NCBI GenBank assembly: GCA_019058445.1
Contig: JAHPZA010000010.1
Location: 384,001 to 448,000 of the forward strand
Direction: 5' to 3'
DNA: 64,000 nt
From: Promethearchaeota archaeon
Lineage (GTDB): Archaea; Asgardarchaeota; Lokiarchaeia; Sigyniarchaeales; SOKP01
Under the pieces are notes generated by a model. The model searched no databases and was not told the DNA's origin. It saw only the letters and a program-made list of their open reading frames with translations. Both the position numbers and the translations under genes were made by a program. This document shows, piece after piece, positions 51,788 to 61,243 of this stretch (position 1 is the stretch's first letter; every line of letters begins with the position of its first letter).

Positions 51788-51909
51788 AAATTAGGCATTA
51801 GAAATAAGCCATTATATCCATTTAAGGCTTTAGAACTATAATCCTTATTTTTCCTAATTTTTATTAAAAGAAAATATAAAAACGTACACAACCTTCTTAA
51901 CCGTAAGCT

Positions 51910-52524
51910 ATGAGTCAAGAAAAGTTAAAAATAATTGTATACTCAGATTATATTTGTCCTTTTTGTTACATAGGTTATCATCGGATTGAAAAACTTAAAG
52001 AGCAATTTGAATTTGACGTCGAATGGCGTCCCTTTGAGCTTCATCCAGAAATTCCGAAAGGAGGTGTAAATCTAAATCAAATGCCCTTTCCTAGAGAGTA
52101 TTTAGAAATGGTATTAACTAATGTAAAGCGCCTCGCAGATGAAGACGGAATCGATGTTAATTTCACTGAAAAGCTCCCAAATTCACAAATGGCTTTATAT
52201 ATTTCCGAATTCGCAAGAAAAGAAGGAAAATTCGATGAGTTTCATAAATTGGTTTTCGAAAAGTATTGGAAAGAGGGTGGCGATATTGGAGAGAGATCAT
52301 TATTATTGGATTTGGCAGAATCTATTGGATTGAACCGTAATAAAATAGAAGATTACATTCAGAGCGATGAGCCTCGCAATGAACTAAGGAGATATCTTTC
52401 AGAAATAAGAAGTCTCGGGATAAATGGTGTACCAGCATTTTTAATTGGCAAGCAAATAATATTCGGAGCCCAACCATATGAGACATTCAAAACTGTTATT
52501 CAAAAAGCTTTAGAACAAGATTAA
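51910..52524 (+). CDS. DsbA/FrnE family thiol oxidoreductase
   Basis: SDYICPFC, PFELHP, GINGVP, GAQP. Confidence 0.9.
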   Translation: MSQEKLKIIVYSDYICPFCYIGYHRIEKLKEQFEFDVEWRPFELHPEIPKGGVNLNQMPFPREYLEMVLTNVKRLADEDGIDVNFTEKLPNSQMALYISEFARKEGKFDEFHKLVFEKYWKEGGDIGERSLLLDLAESIGLNRNKIEDYIQSDEPRNELRRYLSEIRSLGINGVPAFLIGKQIIFGAQPYETFKTVIQKALEQD

Positions 52525-52928
52525 ACTCGTTCCTTTTCTAAATTCTCCTTTTTTAAAAAGTATGCTTTTCGGAAAATTTCATAATCTTCGCTTGACAAGA
52601 TTTTCTTAAATCTTTCGACATTTTTTTCTGTAATTTCAAATGCCTTCTCGATAGTAGGACAAGGATAATCAACACATTTTCCACAATTTTCGACTTTTTT
52701 TTCAATACAACATTCTTTTATGCCATATTCACATATTTCAACATCTTGACATCCTTCACATCTCATTCTTTCGGGTTCGTCTAGATTATAACGCCAACTA
52801 ACTTTTTTCATTACAAGTGCAACCTCCCTTTTTTTTTTCTTACCCCCAATTAAATTTGCACTATATTTTGGACAATATGCGCAATTATCTCCGCAATAAG
52901 CTATATTTTTTGTAGACATATTTTTCAA
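52521..52928 (-). CDS. DUF3795 Cys-rich protein
   Basis: AYCGDNCAYCP, CEGC, CC...NCGKCVDYPC. Confidence 0.8.
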   Translation of the reverse strand: MKNMSTKNIAYCGDNCAYCPKYSANLIGGKKKKREVALVMKKVSWRYNLDEPERMRCEGCQDVEICEYGIKECCIEKKVENCGKCVDYPCPTIEKAFEITEKNVERFKKILSSEDYEIFRKAYFLKKENLEKERV

Positions 52929-52990
52929 CTTTACTTCAGTGGAAAAGTATAATGTTAAATTTTCAATATATATTTGAATTTTTCATTTTC

Positions 52991-53030
52991 AACTAAATAT
53001 TAGTTTTCATTGATCGAAAATAGTTAAAAA
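52991..53030 (+). promoter_or_regulatory. Shared promoter motif copy 4
   Basis: AACT-AAATATT-AGTT-N7-ATCGAAAA-TAG-TTAAAAA. Confidence 0.65.
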
Positions 53031-53083
53031 TAGAATGAGATTTGAGTTAATCAATGATATTCTAAAATATTTAAGAGGAAAAG

Positions 53084-53623
53084 TTGATAAAAATTATGAA
53101 ATCTTTAAGCGATAAAGAGATAAAAGAACTAATAATCAAATGCTGGATGACGCATGATGGAATGTGGTTTTTACACTGTTTAAGGAAGACTGGAATTAAA
53201 ATGACAAATAAAATAAATAAAGCAGCGTCGCATGGTTTAGGTCTAATAGAGGCCAAACGATTCAAGAAACTATTTGGGATTGAAAATATCAATACTAATA
53301 ATGAATTAAAACATTTTATTGATAAAATATTTGAAATCGTGAAAGCAGATTTCATGAAATTCTCCTATGATTTCTCAAAGCCTAACGTTTTTCACTTTGA
53401 AATGCATCAGTGTTTTGCTCATGATGGAATAACGCGAATTGGAGTAATTGATCAATATCATTGTGGGATATATGATAGAATTGACGGCTGGTTTGAAGGA
53501 TTAGGATTAAAATTTAAAGTGTCTCCTCAAATTAAGGAGTGTTTAAAACATAAAGGACAAAATTGTGTAAGAAAATACACTTTTGATTTTCCAGAATTAA
53601 CAGTGGAACATAAAGTTTCATAA
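53084..53623 (+). CDS. DUF6125 / V4R-like protein
   Basis: WMTHDGMWF, CFAH, YHCG. Confidence 0.7.
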   Translation: MIKIMKSLSDKEIKELIIKCWMTHDGMWFLHCLRKTGIKMTNKINKAASHGLGLIEAKRFKKLFGIENINTNNELKHFIDKIFEIVKADFMKFSYDFSKPNVFHFEMHQCFAHDGITRIGVIDQYHCGIYDRIDGWFEGLGLKFKVSPQIKECLKHKGQNCVRKYTFDFPELTVEHKVS

Positions 53624-53747
53624 TAAAAAGTTACTTCAGAAAATAGTTATTCTTTATAATAGTCCTAGTAATAGTATTTTTTAATTTATAAACAATCTAA
53701 TAATAAAGTCCATTTCATTTATATTTATTAGAATTTAATACAATAGG

Positions 53748-54257
53748 TTGAAAACTATGCCGATAAAAAGAGGAGATGTAATAAAGGTTTATTATGAAGC
53801 AAGCTATGAGGATGGAACTGTTTTTGATAGTACTGAGATGTGCGGAGGAGAGCCTTTGAAAATTCAGATAGGTGTAGGTCAAGTAATTCATGGATTTGAG
53901 GATGCAATAATCGGTATGGACGTAGGAGAAGAAAAGAATTTTAGCCTGCAACCTACAGAAGCTTATGGAGAATTTAATCCTTTATTAGTGGAAAAAATAG
54001 ATGCGTCGCAGTTTCCCGGGGATATGAGTCTTGAGCATGGAAAACAAATCGAAGTAGTAGGACCAAATGGTATTTCTTCACCAGGGTGGATTCGACTTAT
54101 TGAGAAAGATTTCATCCTTGTAGATATGAACCATCCTTGTGCGGGTAAAGTAATAAATTTTAAAATTAAAGTTGTTGAAACAGGTTTAGAACCTGATCCT
54201 GTTCAGAATCCTTTTAGTTTTGGATTAAGTTGTGATAGTGCATGTGATCACCATTGA
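53748..54257 (+). CDS. slyD: Second SlyD-like FKBP peptidyl-prolyl isomerase
   Basis: DGTVFDS, DMNHPCAGK; tail CDSACDHH. Confidence 0.85.
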   Translation: MKTMPIKRGDVIKVYYEASYEDGTVFDSTEMCGGEPLKIQIGVGQVIHGFEDAIIGMDVGEEKNFSLQPTEAYGEFNPLLVEKIDASQFPGDMSLEHGKQIEVVGPNGISSPGWIRLIEKDFILVDMNHPCAGKVINFKIKVVETGLEPDPVQNPFSFGLSCDSACDHH

Positions 54258-54404
54258 GTATAATAGAACGGAAAAAAACCATTCTATTTCTTTTATGATT
54301 ATACGTTAGTAAATAGAAAAGCTCACGGTATTTAAATGATTCATTTTAAAATGTTTCGCATATTTTTATAATTAAGAATTATCACTACTTTCATGGTGAA
54401 ATAA

Positions 54405-55760
54405 TTGAGTTATAAATTCTCCAAGGAAGAACTCAAGCAATTATTAATTGATTATAATGAGATTGCCTTAAAAGAAGCCAAGATTGAAGTTCCCAAACAA
54501 GCTTGTATTTGGGATGAGACTCTAAGAGATGGGGAGCAAAGTCCTACGGTTTACTTAACTCTCGATGAAAAAATCCACTTAACAAAGATGATGGATGAAA
54601 TTGGGGTGAAATTAATAGCAGTTGGGTTTCCAGCGGTTTCAGAATCAGAGAAAAATATAGTGAAAACAATAATAAAAGAAGAATGTAAAAATGCTACAAT
54701 ACTTTCCATAGCTAGACCTCGAAAAGATGATATTGATGCATGTATTGAGGCTGATGCTGAGGAAATCGTGGTTTTTATGCCAGTATCTCCAATCTTCATG
54801 AAAACTTTGAAATTAACAGAACAAGATCAATTAGATCGAATAAAAGAAGCAATTCATTATGCAAAAGATAATGGACTTAAGGTCAACTGGGTCTCTGAAG
54901 ATGGTACTAGAGCAGAATATAATCATTTAAAAAATGTTTTTTCTACGGCTATAGAGGCAGGAGCAGAAAGAATAGTGATAGGAGACACCGTTGGAGTTTT
55001 GACTCCGCACTCAACTACCTACTTAATTAGGCGATTAAGAGAAGAAGTGATCGAACCTTTAAAGAAAAAAGTATATATGGCCATTCACACTCATAATGAT
55101 TTCGGTCTGGCTGTAGCCAATACAATTACAGGGGTTATTGAAGGTTGTGAGTACCCTCATACGTGTATTAATGGGTATGGTGAGAGAGCAGGAAATGCTG
55201 CTTTAGAAGAAGTAGCAGTTATTTTAGAAAGGTTAGGGATTGAAACTAATATAAAATTAGACAAATTACCAGAGCTTAGTGAAGTGTGTGAAAAGTATTT
55301 TTGTAAACCATTGTCACAATATAAGCCGATTGTTGGAGATTATGCATTTAGCCATGAAAGTGGACTTCATATTGCTGCGATTTTAGCCCATCCATTAACA
55401 TATGAACCTATGAATCCTAAGACTGTTGGACGAAGAAGAAAGTTTTATTTGGGTAAATTTTCAGGCACTAAATCAATTATTCATGCACTACAAAACAAGA
55501 TTAAAGTCTTAGATTTGGATATTCCAGAAGAAATTATAAGAAAGATAGTAAATGAAGTTAAAATTAAGCATGAAACTACTTCAAAGGAAGATCTAAGAAA
55601 ATCCTTTGATATCATTAAAGAGGAATTAAAAAAAATTACTAAAGGTGTTTCAGATAGAGATTTCTTTGAAATAGTCAATAAATACGCTCAACCTTACATT
55701 CCTGAAGGCCATCCTGTGAAACCTAAAGACCAAAAAGCAGCTAAAGATCTTTATCCCTAA
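54405..55760 (+). CDS. DRE-TIM acyl-CoA condensing enzyme (homocitrate / isopropylmalate / citramalate synthase family)
   Basis: DETLRDGEQ, HTHND, GERAGN, HESGLH; no obvious LeuA regulatory domain. Confidence 0.85.
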   Translation: MSYKFSKEELKQLLIDYNEIALKEAKIEVPKQACIWDETLRDGEQSPTVYLTLDEKIHLTKMMDEIGVKLIAVGFPAVSESEKNIVKTIIKEECKNATILSIARPRKDDIDACIEADAEEIVVFMPVSPIFMKTLKLTEQDQLDRIKEAIHYAKDNGLKVNWVSEDGTRAEYNHLKNVFSTAIEAGAERIVIGDTVGVLTPHSTTYLIRRLREEVIEPLKKKVYMAIHTHNDFGLAVANTITGVIEGCEYPHTCINGYGERAGNAALEEVAVILERLGIETNIKLDKLPELSEVCEKYFCKPLSQYKPIVGDYAFSHESGLHIAAILAHPLTYEPMNPKTVGRRRKFYLGKFSGTKSIIHALQNKIKVLDLDIPEEIIRKIVNEVKIKHETTSKEDLRKSFDIIKEELKKITKGVSDRDFFEIVNKYAQPYIPEGHPVKPKDQKAAKDLYP

Positions 55761-55834
55761 GTTCAATTTTATTGCTATTATTAAATGAACCAACCATAGA
55801 AATTATTTGATTAGAAAAATAATATAAAAAACTT

Positions 55835-57304
55835 TTAATCTAATTGGATTTTTATCTCAGAAATGCGTTTTTTAGTTTGATTTAGATCTTTTTGTAATTT
55901 CTGAGTTTGCTTTTCAAATGTTTTATCGTCTAATTTTCCATCTTCATGCTTCTTTTCTATGAATTTTAGAAGATTTATAACAGAGTTTAATTTACTTTCT
56001 AAGCTCTCTAATTTTGCTTCTAAATCTTCTTTACTTTCTTCTTTTTTTTCAATTTTTGGTGCTACTTTTTTCTCTTCCTTCGACTTTGATTTTTTTTTTG
56101 CCTTTGTATGTTTTTTAGGGTGTTTAGGAGGTTCACTTATTTTAGAGGGGGGGACAGGTACTGATTTAATAAACTCTTTTTCATCAATATCATCATCCCT
56201 TTTCTCTAATTCTGGAGGCTTAGGTGGTAAAGCGGTAAGATTCGAGGGATCTTTACTACTTAAATAATCATATACAGATTCTTCTTCTTCCTGATATGGT
56301 TCATAAATAAAATCAGGATTAGTAGGTGATGCCGTTTCTAAAGCTTGATCTTCTGGTCCACAAAAGATTTCCTCTGCGGATTCTGATATAATTTCTATTA
56401 GTTTATGAATGCTGGTTTTCATAGTATTAATCTGAGTTAAGTAATTTTGTAAAATTTCAATTACTTCAGCTTTGGAAGAAAATGTAATTGATGAGTCTAT
56501 TTTCATTTGAGTCTCAACTTGAGTTGCAGTCTCTACAGTTGATGGTTGCTCTTCGATTGTCTGCACAGGTTTGATGGAAACGGGTAATGTATGTTCTTCT
56601 CCTTGTCTGGTTAATTCCATACGATAATCTGAAATAAGCCAATTAAAGATGTTTAACGTTAAAACATGATGGTCATCATATTGAAACCCACCGCCTGTTT
56701 TATCTCGAAACATTTCATAACTCCCAATTGAACATACTCTTCCTCGGTTTGGTTCTGAAGTACAAATTAATGGACAACTAAATGGTTCAGATGTTTCATT
56801 TGATGTGGCTATAGAAATTGCACTGCCTATCACAGTAAGAGAACATCCTGCTCGATAACAAATGGAAGAAATTCCATTCGTAATGGGATGGGGAGGTATA
56901 AAATTAATTGAAGAAATAATTGGCATATTTTCAATTCCAATATTGTTGATCTCATCTAATACTTGGTCGTTTTCAAAAGCGATTCCAAACTGCTCTGATA
57001 ACTCACTTACGTTGCTATTTCGCCCACGATCGCCGCCCGCATGAGAGAGTAAAAACAAACCACCTCCATCTTCTTTTACCCAATTCACAATTTCCATTAT
57101 TTCAATATGAGAAAATTTAGAAAAGTCGGGACATGCGATTACTAAAATATCAAAGGGTTTTAAAGACTCTTGAGTGACGGGAGTTTCGAGAAAGTTATAA
57201 CACACAAAATCATTATCGATTAAATAATCTCTTATTTCAGTAAAATTTTCATCAAGTTTCGCTCTTTCCTTATGAGAGTTATCAAAGGCAATATAATACG
57301 GCAT
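55835..57304 (-). CDS. Cytosolic GIFT (GldG/IFT52)-domain protein with coiled coil, Pro/Lys-rich linker and C-terminal helical hairpin
   Basis: Residues ~3-225 are collinear with the IFT52 N-terminal domain; no signal peptide or TM. Confidence 0.7.
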   Translation of the reverse strand: MPYYIAFDNSHKERAKLDENFTEIRDYLIDNDFVCYNFLETPVTQESLKPFDILVIACPDFSKFSHIEIMEIVNWVKEDGGGLFLLSHAGGDRGRNSNVSELSEQFGIAFENDQVLDEINNIGIENMPIISSINFIPPHPITNGISSICYRAGCSLTVIGSAISIATSNETSEPFSCPLICTSEPNRGRVCSIGSYEMFRDKTGGGFQYDDHHVLTLNIFNWLISDYRMELTRQGEEHTLPVSIKPVQTIEEQPSTVETATQVETQMKIDSSITFSSKAEVIEILQNYLTQINTMKTSIHKLIEIISESAEEIFCGPEDQALETASPTNPDFIYEPYQEEEESVYDYLSSKDPSNLTALPPKPPELEKRDDDIDEKEFIKSVPVPPSKISEPPKHPKKHTKAKKKSKSKEEKKVAPKIEKKEESKEDLEAKLESLESKLNSVINLLKFIEKKHEDGKLDDKTFEKQTQKLQKDLNQTKKRISEIKIQLD

Positions 57305-57432
57305 TTTAATCCATATTTATGAATATTCACTAATTTAATAATATAAAGAAATAATAAATATCTATCAGTTAATAATTTGATTAGTTTATAATATAAAGTT
57401 TTACTGAAGTTAATAAAGTATTAGAAAAATAT

Positions 57433-58527
57433 CTAATAAATGGACTTATCACCGATGATTAAATTATCTTTACTAATATTTTCTATTATGACATAACTTC
57501 CTATAATAGAGTTCTCGGAGATTACATTCCTGAGTTCTGCATAATTTTCAATTACACATCCTTCTATAATAGAATTTTCAATAACACAATCCTCACCTAT
57601 TGAACAATGTGGACCAATAACAGAATTTATTATTTTTGTATGGTTGCCAATGTAATTTGGATTTTTAATAAAACTTCTCTCAACTGAGATATTTGGTTTT
57701 AGATAATCTTCATTCATTGTCTGATGTTCTAAAAGAAATTTGTTCCCCTTCAACACTTCAGAGGGTCTTCCAAAGTCTAGGATCCCTTTTTTCAGTTCAA
57801 TAGCGGCGATTTTAAACCCACTATCAACTAAATCTTGTAAACTTTGAGTCATATAGATCTCTTTGGAATTTTCAGTTCTTTGGTCCAAGTATTTTTTTAT
57901 CTTATCAAAAAGGGTTAATGTGGCTGAATGAGAAAAAGCATATATTCCAGCAATAGCTAAATCAGAAACAAAAGTTTTAGGTTTTTCCACTAATTTTGCA
58001 ATAATATTATTTTCATCTGTTATTACAACACCATAAGAACTAGCTTCTTCCTTTGGAACTTTCATCACAGTTATTATTCCATCAACATCAGATTCATGAT
58101 ACCTATACATAACATAAGAATATTCATCAAGTATTATCATATCTCCAAGGAATATGAGAGATCCTTCTCGTTTATCATCTTCCCTACTTTCAAAATCTTT
58201 TTTTTTAAATCGTTTATGGGCTAGATGAACCGCTTCCCCCAATCCCCAATAATATGGTACGTTATCTTTATACCCTCTTGGAATTTGCTCTATAAAGGTT
58301 AATTTAAATTTATCACTATAGTTTTCGTTAATATAATTGATTATCTGTCTTTTCTTATAGCCAACAATAAGAATCAATTCCGTTTCAGAGTCAAATGTAT
58401 TTACAAATCTCGTTAAAATATGATCGAGAACTGTCTTTCCAGCAATGTTGATAAATGCCTTAGGTTTACTTAATGTAAAGGGGCGCAAACGTGAACCTAT
58501 ACCTGCAATCGGACCAATTATTTTCAT
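57433..58527 (-). CDS. Sugar-phosphate nucleotidyltransferase with C-terminal left-handed beta-helix
   Basis: AGIGSRLRPFTLSKPK, YGVV, VEKP, hexapeptide repeats. Confidence 0.9.
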   Translation of the reverse strand: MKIIGPIAGIGSRLRPFTLSKPKAFINIAGKTVLDHILTRFVNTFDSETELILIVGYKKRQIINYINENYSDKFKLTFIEQIPRGYKDNVPYYWGLGEAVHLAHKRFKKKDFESREDDKREGSLIFLGDMIILDEYSYVMYRYHESDVDGIITVMKVPKEEASSYGVVITDENNIIAKLVEKPKTFVSDLAIAGIYAFSHSATLTLFDKIKKYLDQRTENSKEIYMTQSLQDLVDSGFKIAAIELKKGILDFGRPSEVLKGNKFLLEHQTMNEDYLKPNISVERSFIKNPNYIGNHTKIINSVIGPHCSIGEDCVIENSIIEGCVIENYAELRNVISENSIIGSYVIIENISKDNLIIGDKSIY

Positions 58528-58623
58528 TTTTTTGGTTCTTGTATACTACTTTTTCAATGATAAAAGTTAATATAATATTAAAATTAATGTAATTTACTTA
58601 AATTTTCAGATTTTATCTCTAAA

Positions 58624-59400
58624 TTAATAAAATTTCGATTTATCAGAATCAAAGACTCTTTGTAGATAGCCAAATAACAAATCTAGTCCATCTTCTCTTT
58701 TTATTGTACAAGGTATCAACTCTGCAGTTGATCCCATCTGAATAAATACTTCTGATAAATCCATGGACAATTCCCTTATCAATCCACTTTCTCGCTCACT
58801 TGTAGATTCTTCTAATGCTTTGAAGTCTTGCGACCAGTTAATAATCATATCTATCTGGTCATCATCTAGAAGGTCCATCTTAGAAAGTACATTAATTTGA
58901 GAGATTCTTCTAAATCGGAATTGTACGGATGCAGCAAGTAATAAGGTTGATATGAATCCATTTGGCCGAAGTACAAAATTAGAATCAAATAGAAATGAAA
59001 CTGACTTTTGAATATCTCCGAAACCTAAAGAACTTGCGATTAATGGTCCAGTTTCTCTAAAAGCAAACAGTTCTAATTGTCCTGCTGTATCTACTAAAAC
59101 CCAGTCCGGATTAAATTCATCAATTTCATATTTTAAATCATCTAAATAGTTAACCATCAAGTCACTTGCGAGTATCATCCCCCCATTAGGGCCTAATCCA
59201 TATTCTTCCATGATCTCCTCTAAAACAACAAAATCCCGGATATCAATATCTGGAATATAAGGGATTATTCTTACACCAGGATCTAAGTTTACAGTTATGG
59301 CCGAAATTTCGGGATCTCGGTTGATTAGATATTGCTTTAATTCACCTGTAATAGTAGATTTGCCTGAACCTGCTGTACCTATAAAGTAATTAAGTAGAAT
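58624..59400 (-). CDS. gpn: GPN-loop GTPase (non-canonical ATT start at 59400)
   Basis: GTAGSGKST P-loop and NLDPG lie upstream of the first ATG; YGLGPNGG, DTAGQLE, SKMD. Confidence 0.9.
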   Translation of the reverse strand: MLLNYFIGTAGSGKSTITGELKQYLINRDPEISAITVNLDPGVRIIPYIPDIDIRDFVVLEEIMEEYGLGPNGGMILASDLMVNYLDDLKYEIDEFNPDWVLVDTAGQLELFAFRETGPLIASSLGFGDIQKSVSFLFDSNFVLRPNGFISTLLLAASVQFRFRRISQINVLSKMDLLDDDQIDMIINWSQDFKALEESTSERESGLIRELSMDLSEVFIQMGSTAELIPCTIKREDGLDLLFGYLQRVFDSDKSKFY

Positions 59401-59511
59401 TTTCGGAGACCTCTTTTTAAGATATAGTACTTAATAGTTGTATTTAATCATTTAAGAAATTAAAGATTTAGGATTTAGCTAAAGAAGTGTAATCAAAAAT
59501 AATTTCAATTC

Positions 59512-60468
59512 TTACTGGGGTTTTTTTAGGTTTTCTAATAATAATTCCTTTGGTTGTTCTTTCTCTATCCGTTTAATTTGTCTTTGAATTGCAAGTTCTT
59601 GTTTTTCTTCTAATACATCATCTTCGAGTATTATAAGATTAAGTTCCTCCTCGGTCATAGGTTTTAAGTATTTTCTAAATTCCTCGGGGTCTTGCATTAT
59701 AGATTTTAATTCAGGTAAAAAGGGTGGTAAAGATTGTATAGCGGAATTTGATCGATGTCCACCCTCCCTTTTAATTCTTTCAATTCCTCTCTGTGGAGGG
59801 CCTCTTCGGGGGGGAGACGGTGTTGTATAATTGATACTACCAAGAGATAAATTTTTTAGAGTATAATTAATTGCTTTTAATTGTTCCACCACATTTTTCA
59901 TGACTTCAGTATTTTCACGTATTAAAGACATTATTGGATTGCCATGACAAGTTCCTCTAACTTTATTCTTCTCGTAAATTAAGGTTCCTTTTTCTTTCAA
60001 GTTTTTGAGGTCCTTTTCAAATTTATGATATACCTTCTCTTGAGTTATGGAGGTTTCAGACATATCCTCAGATCTTATTTCTTCATAGCTAAAATTGGTA
60101 TAACAATCTTCATTAATACATATCTCTGATAAAGTGAAAGTGCGTTTTATTGAGTATTCAATTCTCTGACCAGAAAATAAAAAAATGGTTAAATTTAATA
60201 TTTTAATTTGTAATTCGTCTAAATTATTTATCTCACTTAAATCAATAGAAAAAGCCATGAAATCGTTTAAAAAATAAATTGTTTTAATTGAAATTAACTG
60301 TGGTAAATTATTTTGATAAGATTCCCGTTTAAAAGCTTTAGAGATTTCATATCGCAGATTTATTCGCTTTACAGTATCAGGAAGAAAAAGCTGTTTTTCC
60401 TCTGCATGCTTTTTAAATTCTAAAAACAGATTTAGTTCGTCGTCAAAAAAGACTTGGAACAATTGCAT
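59512..60468 (-). CDS. Hypothetical protein with coiled coil, Pro-rich segment and WH2-like C-terminal motifs
   Basis: PSPPRRGPP, FLPELKS...YLKPM, LENLKKP; GAGGT RBS. Confidence 0.6.
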   Translation of the reverse strand: MQLFQVFFDDELNLFLEFKKHAEEKQLFLPDTVKRINLRYEISKAFKRESYQNNLPQLISIKTIYFLNDFMAFSIDLSEINNLDELQIKILNLTIFLFSGQRIEYSIKRTFTLSEICINEDCYTNFSYEEIRSEDMSETSITQEKVYHKFEKDLKNLKEKGTLIYEKNKVRGTCHGNPIMSLIRENTEVMKNVVEQLKAINYTLKNLSLGSINYTTPSPPRRGPPQRGIERIKREGGHRSNSAIQSLPPFLPELKSIMQDPEEFRKYLKPMTEEELNLIILEDDVLEEKQELAIQRQIKRIEKEQPKELLLENLKKPQ

Positions 60469-60629
60469 TTTTATATGAAACCTCGCTTTAATATTTAACT
60501 TTTAATATTAGAGTACTCTCTATTAACATTCCCTCTTTCAAATTTAAAATAAAAAGACTTCTAAGAATTAATAATTTTTAATAAGATGGTTAAGAAGAAG
60601 AATGAGTGATACTATAAAAAAAAAAAAAA

Positions 60630-61028
60630 TTACTTTTGTTTTTTTAAATCCGATAAATAATAAATTGGTTTTTTTAATTTTTGTGTAAAATATTTGATTT
60701 CTTCTTGAGTTTGGTCTCCAATATACCCATCTACATCTAAAACAAGAATAGCTTCTTGATCACTCAATTTCTTAAGGGCGATTTGTTGCAATTTATCCCA
60801 TTCTTCTGTTGAAAATAAATCTTTATTTAATATACCATCAATAGAACAAACTGATACTATTTTACTAAAAATTATTTGAAGGATTGATTCAGTTTTAATA
60901 AAATAATCTTTTGCTTTAGTAATAGAACCTACCAAGAATATTTTATCTTCTTTTATAACAGAAAAATCATAGTTTTTAAAATCCTCAATAAATTCATTAT
61001 TTAAACGCATTTTTATTTTTGTTAACAA
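60630..61028 (-). CDS. Small nucleoside-deoxyribosyltransferase-like / DUF4406-like fold protein
   Basis: IFLVGS...K..D.EAILVLDVDGYIGDQTQEEI...KPIYY. Confidence 0.5.
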   Translation of the reverse strand: MLTKIKMRLNNEFIEDFKNYDFSVIKEDKIFLVGSITKAKDYFIKTESILQIIFSKIVSVCSIDGILNKDLFSTEEWDKLQQIALKKLSDQEAILVLDVDGYIGDQTQEEIKYFTQKLKKPIYYLSDLKKQK

Positions 61029-61243
61029 TTACCAATTTGATATATAAATGTAAAAAATATGTCTTATTCATTAAATTTTTTTAGGAAATTGTTCTAGTTC
61101 TCTTTGCTAGGAGATTTATTATTAAGTAATACCATGATATCACGATATTTTATAGAAAAATTTTTAAGATCATTTTGCGTAAGTGAATTTTTTCACATCT
61201 CAAACAAATAAAATTGTTAAAATTAGATAATTAAAAGTCCAAA

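Noticed and set aside
236-57044. Short antisense or overlapping ORFs in the track (e.g. 236-439, 1530-1742, 4207-4473, 29370-29807, 30248-30604, 32994-33311, 35102-35446, 44017-44364, 55959-56267)
   Set aside because: They overlap well-supported genes and have no recognisable motifs; shadow ORFs
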